Shown here piece after piece: positions 1 to 9,331 of a stretch of DNA of 64,000 nt. Every line of letters begins with the position of its first letter. Within the stretch, counting starts at the first letter, position 1. Source of the DNA: Candidatus Gottesmanbacteria bacterium (GTDB lineage Bacteria > Patescibacteriota > Microgenomatia > UBA10105 > UBA927); assembly GCA_963711735.1 (NCBI GenBank), contig CAVQFA010000003.1:284367-348366 (forward strand), in the 5' to 3' direction. The notes under the pieces are model-generated. The model was not told where the DNA came from. It saw nothing but the letters and a program-made list of their open reading frames with translations, and did not search any database. The translations under genes and the position numbers were made by a program.

Positions 1-1309
1 ATTTGCCTGAGACTGCAGTTACTATATCCAATCGGATTTTGAGACCTAAGCTGGTTGGAGAGAACGGGAAATACACCTGTTCAAAAATCCGGGTTAAGTG
101 CGGTCCGACATCTTTCAGTCTTTTGAAAGCTGATGCATGAATACCTGTAGGGACTAGCCTCGATGCTTCTGCGTAAATCGTTCCGGGAAAAGGATTTGCT
201 CTGGGGTCTATCCCCCGAGCAGTCAGTTCTTCGGTTACAAGATCATATATGCCTAATAATCCGTGCCCGTTTGCTTTCATAATACCCGCGGCGATTGCAT
301 GTAAAATAAACGTTTCAATCGCCATATTGCCTCCGAGATCTCCGACACCTCCGAGAGTTCCGTGAATTCCTGCTATAAAGGGTTCGTTACATGCGTTTAC
401 TGCATTTGCAACAGCGTTTCCTAGCATATTATGGGTATGGATTTCCCAGATACGATCCGGATACATCCTTACGAATGTGTCTTTAATATGATGCAGTAAA
501 TTGGCTGTCCACGATGGCTGGATGCCGCGGCTGCAGGTATCGCAAATACAAATTCCGTCTGCTCCCGAATCAAGTGCGGATCTGAAAAATATATCCAGAT
601 CCTGAGGAAATGAACCATAGGTATCTTCAAAAGGTACGATAACACCGCCTATGTGCGGGTCGTTTTTCAGTTCCGATACGGAATTTGCCACCCAATCCGA
701 TATAGAACGGGTATTCCATTTTTGTTGTCCCTCCGCAAGCATTCTGATTCTTGAGCTTCCCACAAACGCATAAACCCATAACTTTTGCCCATAATTTTTG
801 TAAGCAAATTCAGCAGTTTCGCGTATTGCAATTACATCATCATCTGCGGTTCTTCCGGCTACGGCAGGAATTATCGGTATGTTGTGTCGGGATAAAAAGG
901 ACACCATGTCCAGAATTTTTTGTTGTTCTTTCGGGCCGGATACCGGCATACCAAGATCAGCGATTGTTACTCCGATTTCCGGAAGCCGTTTCAATATGTC
1001 TTTGGCAATATCAAGGCGGGAGCTTAATCTAAATACACCCGGAACACCGATCTGATCGCCGTCACGAAGACCTTCATATTGAATATATACTGGTTGGTTT
1101 CTTGGTTCTTGTGTATGAGGGGAATCAAATTTGTGATGTGGCCAATCATATATGAGAAGATTTAATATATCATTTTCAGTTATAAGTTTCTGTTCAAGCA
1201 TGTGCTCAAGCTTCAATAAATCACCGGAATTTTTCTCCAGGATTAATTCCCCGGCGACCATTCCGGGATCACCGGAAATCTGAAGATCCTGGTGTTCTTT
1301 GATAAGCAT
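1..1309 (-). CDS. Divergent DRE-TIM metallolyase, 2-isopropylmalate/homocitrate synthase (LeuA-like) family; 3' end outside window
   Basis: Not in the ORF track; translated by hand from ATG at 1309 with no stop to the window edge (~436 codons). Motifs: LIYDW, EGLRDGDQ (cf. DxTLRDGxQ), ADLGMP, FVGSSRIR, PFEDT, ICDT, EIHTHN (HxH metal ligands), GTLGGVGDLGGN (cf. GxGERxGN), TGIHASA, TAVSGK. Confidence 0.85.
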   Translation of the reverse strand, partial: MLIKEHQDLQISGDPGMVAGELILEKNSGDLLKLEHMLEQKLITENDILNLLIYDWPHHKFDSPHTQEPRNQPVYIQYEGLRDGDQIGVPGVFRLSSRLDIAKDILKRLPEIGVTIADLGMPVSGPKEQQKILDMVSFLSRHNIPIIPAVAGRTADDDVIAIRETAEFAYKNYGQKLWVYAFVGSSRIRMLAEGQQKWNTRSISDWVANSVSELKNDPHIGGVIVPFEDTYGSFPQDLDIFFRSALDSGADGICICDTCSRGIQPSWTANLLHHIKDTFVRMYPDRIWEIHTHNMLGNAVANAVNACNEPFIAGIHGTLGGVGDLGGNMAIETFILHAIAAGIMKANGHGLLGIYDLVTEELTARGIDPRANPFPGTIYAEASRLVPTGIHASAFKRLKDVGPHLTRIFEQVYFPFSPTSLGLKIRLDIVTAVSGK

Positions 1310-1390
1310 TTAATTTATACGAAATTTGTAATTACTATAAGCATAATTTATCATACACTAATTCCGTATTCATAAGTATACAATTTTACT

Positions 1391-2173
1391 ATGCGTGAAT
1401 TGATCGAATGGTTTAAAGAAGATCTGCCGCCTGACAGCAATTTTAATGATTTAAAACAAAGGTTGGAGAAGGAAACTTTTGTTTTTGATTCTTATTTGGG
1501 CTTAGCGAGCAGACCTAACGATGTAAACCGGGCAACGGAGATTTTATCTTCCGGGAAAAGGCGGATCATAGGGGCTCATATCGGAGGGAGTGTAGGAGGT
1601 TTTCTGTTCAATCCCTATCATCCGTCAAGCGTTAACGAAATTGTACGGATAAAGAGTGTCGGAGGAACCAAACGTCAGGAATTATTCAGTATGGTTATAA
1701 ATGCCCAAACAGTGAATGAAATTACGGTACCCGGGAATATCGACCGGATCCGGTGGACGGACGCAGCAGGAGCATGTTTTATACAATTTCCCATTCCAGA
1801 AGAAGCAACCCGTCTTATACCCGAACAGTTTTATCACAGGGATGAGGAAAAAGAATTAATTTTTGCCCAGTGTTTTATTGCCGGAGAAGGAAGTATGTTT
1901 GATACGCTTATAACACAAACTACCGGATCATATAAAGTACCGTTTCTCGGGGGAACCTCAGCAAATTATTCGGGTTGGGGATCAATTGAAACCAGATTGG
2001 GTGCTGCCAGATTTTCCCTCGGTAACGCGATATATTTCCTCGACGATGATGTGCCATCTTCTCATACCCTACGTGGTTCCTATACAATAATTCGTATAGT
2101 CGCAAATATACCGGAATTGGTTCGGAACGGAAATATTGGTTATGATACATTAGTATCGCGACTCATATCATAA
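1391..2173 (+). CDS. Divergent YrdC/Sua5/TsaC-fold protein (carbamoyl-AMP synthase fold)
   Basis: Motif order matches YrdC: RATEILSSG helix, SVNEIVRIK...KR, GGTSANYSG (TSANxSG), GSYTII (cf. PSTIV), ELVRNGNI (cf. ILRxGxI). The PTETVYG loop is replaced by HIGGSVGG. Confidence 0.7.
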   Translation: MRELIEWFKEDLPPDSNFNDLKQRLEKETFVFDSYLGLASRPNDVNRATEILSSGKRRIIGAHIGGSVGGFLFNPYHPSSVNEIVRIKSVGGTKRQELFSMVINAQTVNEITVPGNIDRIRWTDAAGACFIQFPIPEEATRLIPEQFYHRDEEKELIFAQCFIAGEGSMFDTLITQTTGSYKVPFLGGTSANYSGWGSIETRLGAARFSLGNAIYFLDDDVPSSHTLRGSYTIIRIVANIPELVRNGNIGYDTLVSRLIS

Positions 2174-2185
2174 ATGTAGGTTAAT

Positions 2186-3520
2186 ATGTATTCAACTGAC
2201 CCAAAACTTCAACAGACGCTCAAATCCCTCTGGAAGCTTGAAAAAATCATACTTGATACCCTTGAATTTAATCAGGTAGTTGAGAAGATCGTGAACAGCA
2301 TGCTCGTAGAACTTGGATATCTGAATCTGGGGTACAGGATTATTGTTTTGATTCTTCACGACCCAAAAGAAAATTCACTGAAACGCGTTTCTTTGTCCCA
2401 GACAGAAGAGGCAACGAAGTTATTATCTACAACGACTATTCCGTTTCCGAAAATGGATATTCCGCTTACAGCGGAAAATAATTTATGCGTAAAAGCATTT
2501 AAGGAGCAGACAATGCTTCATACCATATATTGGCCGGATATTCTGACACCTCCCTTTGACAAGGTAAACGCCGAAAATTACCAAAAACTGGCGGGAATAC
2601 ATACAAGCATGGTTTTTCCGGTTGTTGTAAAAAATACTTCACTTGGGGTTCTGATATTCAGTATGGTCAAACCATTCGATCAGGTTTCATCAGAGGAAAT
2701 GGACTTAATAAAAGGATTTACTGATGTTGTCGGGATCGCTGTCCAAAACGCCAAGCTTTACAGTGAAGTTGAAAAGACAACAGAAGGGCTCAATAAAGCC
2801 AATAAAGAGCTTCATGAACTTGATAAACTGAAAGATGAGTTCGTGTCGCTTGCGTCCCACGAACTGAGGACTCCGATGACGGCAATCAGGGGATCACTCT
2901 CAACGATACTTGAAGGGTATGCCGGAGACGTGTCCGCGAGTGTCCGGGAATTTCTCACTGCCGCCTATAACGAAAACGAACGACTGCTTAGGCTCGTAAA
3001 CAACCTCCTCAACATTTCCCGGATCGAATCCGGTAGGTTTACATTCACCATCGTGAACGTCAATTTGGATAAAGTAATTGAAGAGATCGTCGCAAACCTC
3101 GAAGGTGCCGCAAAGGAAAAAGGTTTGACCCTTACATTTGAACATGAGGGGCTTACCCCTCTGGTAGCAGCTGATGAGGATAAGGTAAAAGAAGTTGTCA
3201 TAAACCTCGTCGGTAACGCTGTAAAATTTACGCATAAAGGGGGAGTAACGGTAAAAACACATACAGAAAACAATATGGTTGTGACATCAATAACTGACAC
3301 CGGATCAGGAATTGCCAAAGAAGATCAGGAGCTCCTGTTTAAGAAATTTTCACAGGTACGCGGAAGCTATGCCAAACAAACCGGAGGTACGGGTCTCGGG
3401 CTCTATATATGTAAAATTATAGTGGAAGGGCTTGGAGGAAAAATCTGGCTTGAATCGACTATCGGTGTCGGGAGCGTATTCTATTTTTCCTTGCCACTTG
3501 CTTCCAAGGATACGATATAA
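2186..3520 (+). CDS. Cytoplasmic GAF-domain sensor histidine kinase
   Basis: N-terminal GAF ending GIAVQNAKLY, coiled coil, H-box SHELRTP, N-box NLVGNAVKF, DTGSGI, GGTGLGL; no clear TM helix. Confidence 0.95.
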   Translation: MYSTDPKLQQTLKSLWKLEKIILDTLEFNQVVEKIVNSMLVELGYLNLGYRIIVLILHDPKENSLKRVSLSQTEEATKLLSTTTIPFPKMDIPLTAENNLCVKAFKEQTMLHTIYWPDILTPPFDKVNAENYQKLAGIHTSMVFPVVVKNTSLGVLIFSMVKPFDQVSSEEMDLIKGFTDVVGIAVQNAKLYSEVEKTTEGLNKANKELHELDKLKDEFVSLASHELRTPMTAIRGSLSTILEGYAGDVSASVREFLTAAYNENERLLRLVNNLLNISRIESGRFTFTIVNVNLDKVIEEIVANLEGAAKEKGLTLTFEHEGLTPLVAADEDKVKEVVINLVGNAVKFTHKGGVTVKTHTENNMVVTSITDTGSGIAKEDQELLFKKFSQVRGSYAKQTGGTGLGLYICKIIVEGLGGKIWLESTIGVGSVFYFSLPLASKDTI

Positions 3521-3527
3521 TGAAATT

Positions 3528-3914
3528 ATGGCGAAGATTTTATTCATAGAAGATGATCCTTTGATAGTTAAGATTTACTCGACAAGGCTCAAGGCAGACG
3601 GACACGATGTGACATCAGCAGAAAACGGGGAAGAGGGTTTAAAAAAAGTGTATGAAGTGAAACCTGATATCATCGTTTTGGATGTTATGATGCCACGTAT
3701 CGACGGTTTCGGAGTATTGGAAAAGCTCCGTGCAGATCCGCTATTCAGCTCAACACCAATTCTCATGTATTCGAACCTTAATAACGAAGATGAAATTACA
3801 CGGGCAAAAGAGATGAAAGCAACAGAGTTTATTGTAAAAGCGAATCTTTCTCCCACGCAGATGGTTGATAAGATTAAACAATACGTACCGCACGACGCCC
3901 CGTCTCCTTCCTAA
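3528..3914 (+). CDS. Single-domain response regulator (receiver only)
   Basis: KILFIEDD, LDVMMP (phosphoacceptor Asp), SN, FIVK; no output domain. Start moved to ATG 3528. Confidence 0.93.
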   Translation: MAKILFIEDDPLIVKIYSTRLKADGHDVTSAENGEEGLKKVYEVKPDIIVLDVMMPRIDGFGVLEKLRADPLFSSTPILMYSNLNNEDEITRAKEMKATEFIVKANLSPTQMVDKIKQYVPHDAPSPS

Positions 3915-3966
3915 TAGACAAAACGGTTTAATCGCGGAGAAAAGATGCTACTTTCAAAAGAGAGTA

Positions 3967-3977
3967 TGGTATACAAT
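3967..3977 (+). promoter_or_regulatory. Putative -10 promoter element (TGGTATACAAT) upstream of pilB
   Basis: TACAAT box in the intergenic gap; the identical 11-mer recurs at 7001-7011 upstream of pilM. Confidence 0.5.
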
Positions 3978-4014
3978 AAAATAAACCGGTTTTTGACGAC
4001 CCGGTACGTTTGAT

Positions 4015-5691
4015 ATGATTCAAGCTGCCCAACTGCGTGAAATTATTTTAAAATCAGGATTTGTATCTCCGGAAGATTTCGATAATGCAAAGAAAAGTTC
4101 AGATGAACTGGGTAAAGATCTTTCCGGAATCCTTATCTCCCGGGGGCTTGTCAGCGAAGATGTGCTTGGACAGATTATCGGTGAATTTTACGGAGTACCT
4201 TTTGTTAAACTTGCTCATAAAGTTGTGCCTCTTGATATCCTCACACTAATTCCTGAGGAAGCATCAACAACCTTTCATGTGATTCCTTTTGCCCGGGAAG
4301 GAAACGAAATCCAACTTGCCATGCAGGATCCCGGAGATTTGGAAGCTCGGGAATTTGTGAAGAGAAAAACCGGAATGAAAGTGAAAATATTTTATGCTAA
4401 CCCTCCGGATCTGGGAGCTGCCATCGGACAATACAAAAAAAATATCAAGGAAGTATTTACAAAGATTATAGAAGAAAACATCCAGAAAAGCTCTTTCCAA
4501 TCGAAAGACATTACCAAGCTTGGGACAGACCTGCCTGTTATAAAAATCCTTGATACGATACTCGAGTATGCATCAGCAGAAAGTGCAAGCGATGTACATC
4601 TGGAGGCTGCAGAATCGGAATTCCTTGTCCGTTTCCGTATTGACGGCGTGCTTCATGACATACTCACGCTGCCAAAAACCATCCACCCCGCAATTGTTGC
4701 ACGCATAAAAATTCTGTCACAGCTTAAAATCGACGAGCACCGGATACCGCAGGATGGCCGGTTTAAATTTAAAATCAATGAAGCGTATATTGCACTCCGT
4801 GTTTCCATACTGCCGGCATTTTACGGTGAGAATATCGTCCTTCGTATATTGTCGGAATCAGCGCGTCCGCTGGCGCTAGAAGAATTGGGTTTGACGGGTC
4901 ATAATCTGGAGCTTGTGAAACGCAATATTAAAAAACCGCACGGGATGATACTCGTAACAGGTCCTACAGGTTCAGGGAAAACCACAACCCTTTACAGCAT
5001 TCTGAACATCCTCATATCAACGGAAGTGAAAATATGTACTGTCGAAGATCCTGTAGAATACGGTATATCCCGCGTGAACCAGACACAGATACAACCGCAG
5101 GCAGGGCTTACGTTTGCCGCAGGACTTCGGTCGCTCCTCCGGCATGATCCGGACATTATCATGGTCGGCGAAATACGCGACAAAGAGACTGTAGAAATGG
5201 CAATTCATTCTGCTCTGACAGGCCATTTGGTTTTATCGACACTCCACACCAATGACGCAGCCGGTACCGTTCCTCGGCTTTTGGATATGGGTGCTGAAGG
5301 ATTTCTTGTTGCATCAACACTCAACCTCGTGGTTGCCCAGAGACTGGTCCGAAAAATCTGTACATCATGCATAGAGCCGTATATAGCTCCTGATGAGACC
5401 ATACAATACCTTTCGAAATTCGGAGAGCTTGGTGATGTCTCCAATAAATTTTATCACGGGAAGGGTTGTCCGGAGTGTAAAGGCAAAGGGTATAAAGGAC
5501 GTATCGGAATTTTTGAAATACTCGAAGCCAATGAGGAAATCCGTCAGATGATTGCCAAGCGCGTTTCTGCTGATGAGCTAGCGAAAGCCGGTATTGCAAG
5601 CGGCATGATCCCATTAATACGGGACGGGATAAATAAGGCAAGCGGAGGAATTACCACAATCGAAGAAGTTCTCCGTGTGGTGAGGGAGTAA
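4015..5691 (+). CDS. pilB: Type IV pilus assembly ATPase PilB/GspE
   Basis: ASDVHLE, RIPQDGR, Walker A GPTGSGKTTT, EDPVEY, LRHDPDIIMVGEIRD, LSTLHTN, CxxC...CxxC. Confidence 0.95.
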   Translation: MIQAAQLREIILKSGFVSPEDFDNAKKSSDELGKDLSGILISRGLVSEDVLGQIIGEFYGVPFVKLAHKVVPLDILTLIPEEASTTFHVIPFAREGNEIQLAMQDPGDLEAREFVKRKTGMKVKIFYANPPDLGAAIGQYKKNIKEVFTKIIEENIQKSSFQSKDITKLGTDLPVIKILDTILEYASAESASDVHLEAAESEFLVRFRIDGVLHDILTLPKTIHPAIVARIKILSQLKIDEHRIPQDGRFKFKINEAYIALRVSILPAFYGENIVLRILSESARPLALEELGLTGHNLELVKRNIKKPHGMILVTGPTGSGKTTTLYSILNILISTEVKICTVEDPVEYGISRVNQTQIQPQAGLTFAAGLRSLLRHDPDIIMVGEIRDKETVEMAIHSALTGHLVLSTLHTNDAAGTVPRLLDMGAEGFLVASTLNLVVAQRLVRKICTSCIEPYIAPDETIQYLSKFGELGDVSNKFYHGKGCPECKGKGYKGRIGIFEILEANEEIRQMIAKRVSADELAKAGIASGMIPLIRDGINKASGGITTIEEVLRVVRE

Positions 5692-5695
5692 TAAA

Positions 5696-6925
5696 ATGGC
5701 GAATTTTACGTATAAAGCCATCGACGCAAATAAAAAAGTCATTCAGGGAAAACAAACCGCTAAAACCAGGGAAGAAGTGGCGCAGGCTCTTGCAAAACGG
5801 AATTTAATGCCGCTCGTCATAAAATCAGATGTTGATCAGCTTGTGATACGCGGTTCCATCCCTACTATTGAAAAAATAACATTCTGCAGATACCTATCCA
5901 TCATGCTTACGACCGGACTTTCTCTTTCTGAAGGGATAGAGGTCCTACGGAACGAGACAAAAAATCCTCTCATGGCAAAAATTCTCGGAGATATGAATTA
6001 TTCCATGGAACAGGGCCAGCAATTATCGACTATTTTTGAGAGGTATCCCGGAATTTTTGAACCTTTTTTCCTGACACTTGCACGGGCAGGAGAAGTCAGC
6101 GGAAAACTGTCGGACGTATTTAAGTATCTGGAAACCGAGCTCCGGGCAGAATATAGCCTGAATGCAAAAGTAAAAGGTGCGCTTTTGTATCCTGCGGTCG
6201 TTTTCGTTGCCATGATTGTCATCGGAACGATGATGTTTTTTTTCGTTTTGCCGCAGATAGGGAGGGTATTTCTCAGCCTCCGGTTGCCTCTGCCGTTTCT
6301 CACAAAAACTCTTTTTACCGTCTCCATTGCACTTTCTGCGCAATTTATACCGATTGTGATCTCTATGATGGTGCTAGGCGGACTTTTTGTTCTGTCATTG
6401 AAAAACCGTACGGTACGCGATTTTCTCTTTACCATAGTCCGGCCGATTCCGATAATCCATAAACTGCTTGTCAAAATAGATATAGCCAGATTTTCCCGCA
6501 TATTCTCCACACTCCTTCGCAGTGCCGTACCGATAACTGAAGCATTGGAAATATCGTTTAATACCCTCACGCTTCCTGAATATAGGGATATGGCTGCAAC
6601 CATTCCGGATGAGGTAAAAAAAGGGAAAACACTTTCTTCGATCGTTAAGAGCGATCCGAAATTTCCTTCACTTCTCGTACAGATGGTAGCGGCAGGAGAA
6701 AAAACAGGAACACTGGATGCGACACTTGCTGATCTTGCATCCTTTTATGAAGAAGAAGTAGAGGAGGAAGTAAAGGGATTAACGCAGATTATCGAACCGG
6801 TTCTCATGCTTTGCGTAGGTGTTGCGGTCGGCGCAATGATTCTTTCCATTATTGCGCCAATTTACAGTGTCGTCGGAAATTTCCAGTCTGCAGCCGGTGC
6901 TCCTGGCGGGATGGCGCCGAAATAA
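5696..6925 (+). CDS. pilC: Type IV pilus platform protein PilC/GspF
   Basis: Two T2SSF domains (AGEVSGKL, ALLYP, AGEKTGTLD, IIEP) and three TM segments. Confidence 0.93.
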   Translation: MANFTYKAIDANKKVIQGKQTAKTREEVAQALAKRNLMPLVIKSDVDQLVIRGSIPTIEKITFCRYLSIMLTTGLSLSEGIEVLRNETKNPLMAKILGDMNYSMEQGQQLSTIFERYPGIFEPFFLTLARAGEVSGKLSDVFKYLETELRAEYSLNAKVKGALLYPAVVFVAMIVIGTMMFFFVLPQIGRVFLSLRLPLPFLTKTLFTVSIALSAQFIPIVISMMVLGGLFVLSLKNRTVRDFLFTIVRPIPIIHKLLVKIDIARFSRIFSTLLRSAVPITEALEISFNTLTLPEYRDMAATIPDEVKKGKTLSSIVKSDPKFPSLLVQMVAAGEKTGTLDATLADLASFYEEEVEEEVKGLTQIIEPVLMLCVGVAVGAMILSIIAPIYSVVGNFQSAAGAPGGMAPK

Positions 6926-7000
6926 TCTTGTAGTGCGGAATAATAAACGCGCAACCCGTACGTACTCATATTACTTTTTCTCTAGTACGAATATATAATG

Positions 7001-7011
7001 TGGTATACAAT
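7001..7011 (+). promoter_or_regulatory. Putative -10 promoter element (TGGTATACAAT) upstream of pilM
   Basis: Same 11-mer as upstream of pilB. Confidence 0.5.
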
Positions 7012-7061
7012 ATCTTCATGTAACGCCGGTTTATTCCGGTGATTTTCATGTATTGATATAT

Positions 7062-8489
7062 ATGACCAGTCTGCCCGACTTACTGCTGCCGAAGATCAAA
7101 CACTTCGGTTTATCCATTGAACGATGGTCACTTCATGCTGTTGAAACGGATAGAAACGGAAATCCTATTCATGCATCAGAAGTAAAAATCCCAACTGATA
7201 CTTTTGCAGAAGGAATTCTCGTAAAAAAAGACATATTTGCAGAAGCAGTTCGCGAACTTATTAAGGCAGGCAAATTTACGACACCATACGTCGCTGTTAC
7301 ATTTCCGGAAGTTTTTGCGTATACGCGCGGATATACGGTCCCGATACTTCCGACGGAAGAGATACATGAGGCTATCAGTTGGCATACGAAAGATCTTTTT
7401 CCATTTTCTCCTGAGGATATTTACTTCGATTGGAAAATTCTTGTGAAAACTGATACGGAATATCAGGTATCGGTCGTTGCGGTTCAACGGAAAGTCCTCG
7501 ATACACTCGTTGACACACTTGTAAAAATCGGACTTAAACCTCTCCGGTTTGAACCTGACGCATCAGCTCTGACGCGTCTCCTTGCCATTGGGCCTCAAAC
7601 ATACGCGGTGCTTATAGAAATCAATGAACCAGGTGCTTATGTGACGATAGTGGAAGGGGAGAAAGCTATATTTACTACAGTAATTACGTATGCTGCGGGA
7701 GATACACCGGAGGTGTATCTTGGCAACATCGATCAGACTCTTACGGAAATAGCAACGTATTACAAAAAAAAGGACATTTTAACTTCGGACAAAACACGCG
7801 TATTTGTCACGGGACAAATGGCATCACCTCAATGGGTAGACCACCTCAAACAACTTTTAGGATATCCGGTAGACGTACTTACCACGTCGATGCAATACAG
7901 TGCATATAACAAATCATTTGCTGCAGCGCGGCAAATTATCCAGCCTCCTACGGATCCCATGTCAATCAACCTCCTTCCGCTACTGACTCAACAGCACTAT
8001 GAAGCGCAAAGAACGGATATATTTTATAAAACCCTATTTGTCCGCCTGTGTATTTTTATGCTCTGTATGCTTACCGTTTCGGGTAGTGCGTATTGGCTCG
8101 TAACAGCAGAACGATATAGGCTGGATTCCCGGGTAAAAACACTGCGTTTGTTCAGTGAGTCACAGGTGGGGAGTATGAAAGACATACTGCTTCTCAATAC
8201 CCAGTCCCGGAATATTGTGGGGCTTGCTCCTTTGCGAAAAACACCAAAATACGCATTAAACGCACTGTCGGAGATTATTCCAAAAGGAATTTTTGTGACG
8301 CAATGGGAATATGATGACCCAAAACTGACATTTAAAGTTACGGGTATCGCTGACACCCGTGAAGACCTTGTGACATTCAAAAAGGCGCTCGATGCATCTG
8401 AATATTTTACAAATGTAACTTTACCGCTTGGATCACTTGAAACTGCACAGCAGGCACCGTTTGTCATGACATTTTTAGTAAAAAAATGA
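7062..8489 (+). CDS. PilM-PilN fusion protein
   Basis: PilM-like actin fold (FPFSPEDIYFDW, GLKPLRFEP), then the PilN INLLP motif, one TM and a PilN-like C-terminal domain (VTGIADTREDL...FTNV). Confidence 0.8.
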   Translation: MTSLPDLLLPKIKHFGLSIERWSLHAVETDRNGNPIHASEVKIPTDTFAEGILVKKDIFAEAVRELIKAGKFTTPYVAVTFPEVFAYTRGYTVPILPTEEIHEAISWHTKDLFPFSPEDIYFDWKILVKTDTEYQVSVVAVQRKVLDTLVDTLVKIGLKPLRFEPDASALTRLLAIGPQTYAVLIEINEPGAYVTIVEGEKAIFTTVITYAAGDTPEVYLGNIDQTLTEIATYYKKKDILTSDKTRVFVTGQMASPQWVDHLKQLLGYPVDVLTTSMQYSAYNKSFAAARQIIQPPTDPMSINLLPLLTQQHYEAQRTDIFYKTLFVRLCIFMLCMLTVSGSAYWLVTAERYRLDSRVKTLRLFSESQVGSMKDILLLNTQSRNIVGLAPLRKTPKYALNALSEIIPKGIFVTQWEYDDPKLTFKVTGIADTREDLVTFKKALDASEYFTNVTLPLGSLETAQQAPFVMTFLVKK

Positions 8490-8493
8490 TTGT

Positions 8494-9048
8494 ATGGAAA
8501 CAAAAGCACCAACATCACTTAAAAGGGTTAACATGCTTCTGCCTCTCATCATTCTTCTTGGGACGCTGGTTATAGTGGATTTTGTTTTCCTTTTTCTGTT
8601 TCGAAGTCAGATAACGACAGTTAAACTGCTTAAAACGGAAGCACAACAGCTCGATACTGACCGCAGGATCATAACGGCATCCGCAGACATAGAATCAGAA
8701 TATAAAAAAGAAATAAATGCCATATCCGGGGTATTCCCTACAGAAGAGACAATTCCTCTTTTCATCCAGTCGCTGGAGTCGGCAATCCGGACATTTACCG
8801 AGGATTATACGTTTAAGTTTGCTTCACTTCATCCCGTGGCAGAACAGGATAAGCTATTTCTTCTGGTTACGGTATCCATGAGGTGCGAGTTTGTATACCT
8901 CATATCATTTCTGGAAAAATTAGAAGTAATGCCATATATGACACATGTTGTCAATATTCAGGCAAAAACACCGGAAAATATAACCGGAAAAAGCGATATC
9001 AGTGTGGCGCTTAAAGTTTATGTTCAAAACCCATTCACAACAAAATAG
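8494..9048 (+). CDS. PilO-like alignment protein
   Basis: N-terminal TM, coiled coil, FPTEE, FLEKLEVMPY; position after pilMN. Confidence 0.7.
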   Translation: METKAPTSLKRVNMLLPLIILLGTLVIVDFVFLFLFRSQITTVKLLKTEAQQLDTDRRIITASADIESEYKKEINAISGVFPTEETIPLFIQSLESAIRTFTEDYTFKFASLHPVAEQDKLFLLVTVSMRCEFVYLISFLEKLEVMPYMTHVVNIQAKTPENITGKSDISVALKVYVQNPFTTK

Positions 9049-9052
9049 TGCA

Positions 9053-9223
9053 ATGATAACGGCGATAGGTCTTGCTTTATCTATCGTTATTCTCATTGGT
9101 ATTCATTTAGCTATCTTACTTCCTGGTGTAACGGAAATTTATATACGCGGAAAGGAGTCCGTCAGTAAGGATCCTATTGACAGAGTTACGGTTAATGAAG
9201 CGATTAAGCTGCTTGAGGACTGA
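9053..9223 (+). CDS. Small single-TM protein in pilus operon
   Basis: ATG 4 nt after the pilO stop; hydrophobic N-half; 56 aa. Confidence 0.55.
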   Translation: MITAIGLALSIVILIGIHLAILLPGVTEIYIRGKESVSKDPIDRVTVNEAIKLLED

Positions 9224-9226
9224 CAC

Positions 9227-9270
9227 TGTCAATGTATGAATTGACAACGCTTGGGAGCATTTGTTACGCT
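9227..9270 (+). promoter_or_regulatory. Pilin promoter with inverted repeat over the -35 box
   Basis: TTGACA (9241-9246), 18 nt, TGn-TACGCT (9265-9270); perfect inverted repeat TGTCAAT-N6-ATTGACA at 9227-9246. Confidence 0.6.
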
Positions 9271-9331
9271 GGTAATGTCCGTAATGTTTGGACCTAAGAA
9301 GTAATGATTAAAGTGAAAGGGGGTGAACAGA

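Noticed and set aside
751-1032. 93-aa plus-strand ORF in the track
   Set aside because: Antisense shadow of the LeuA-like gene.
3432-3527. Longer N-terminus of the response regulator
   Set aside because: Overlaps the kinase; the receiver fold starts at ATG 3528.
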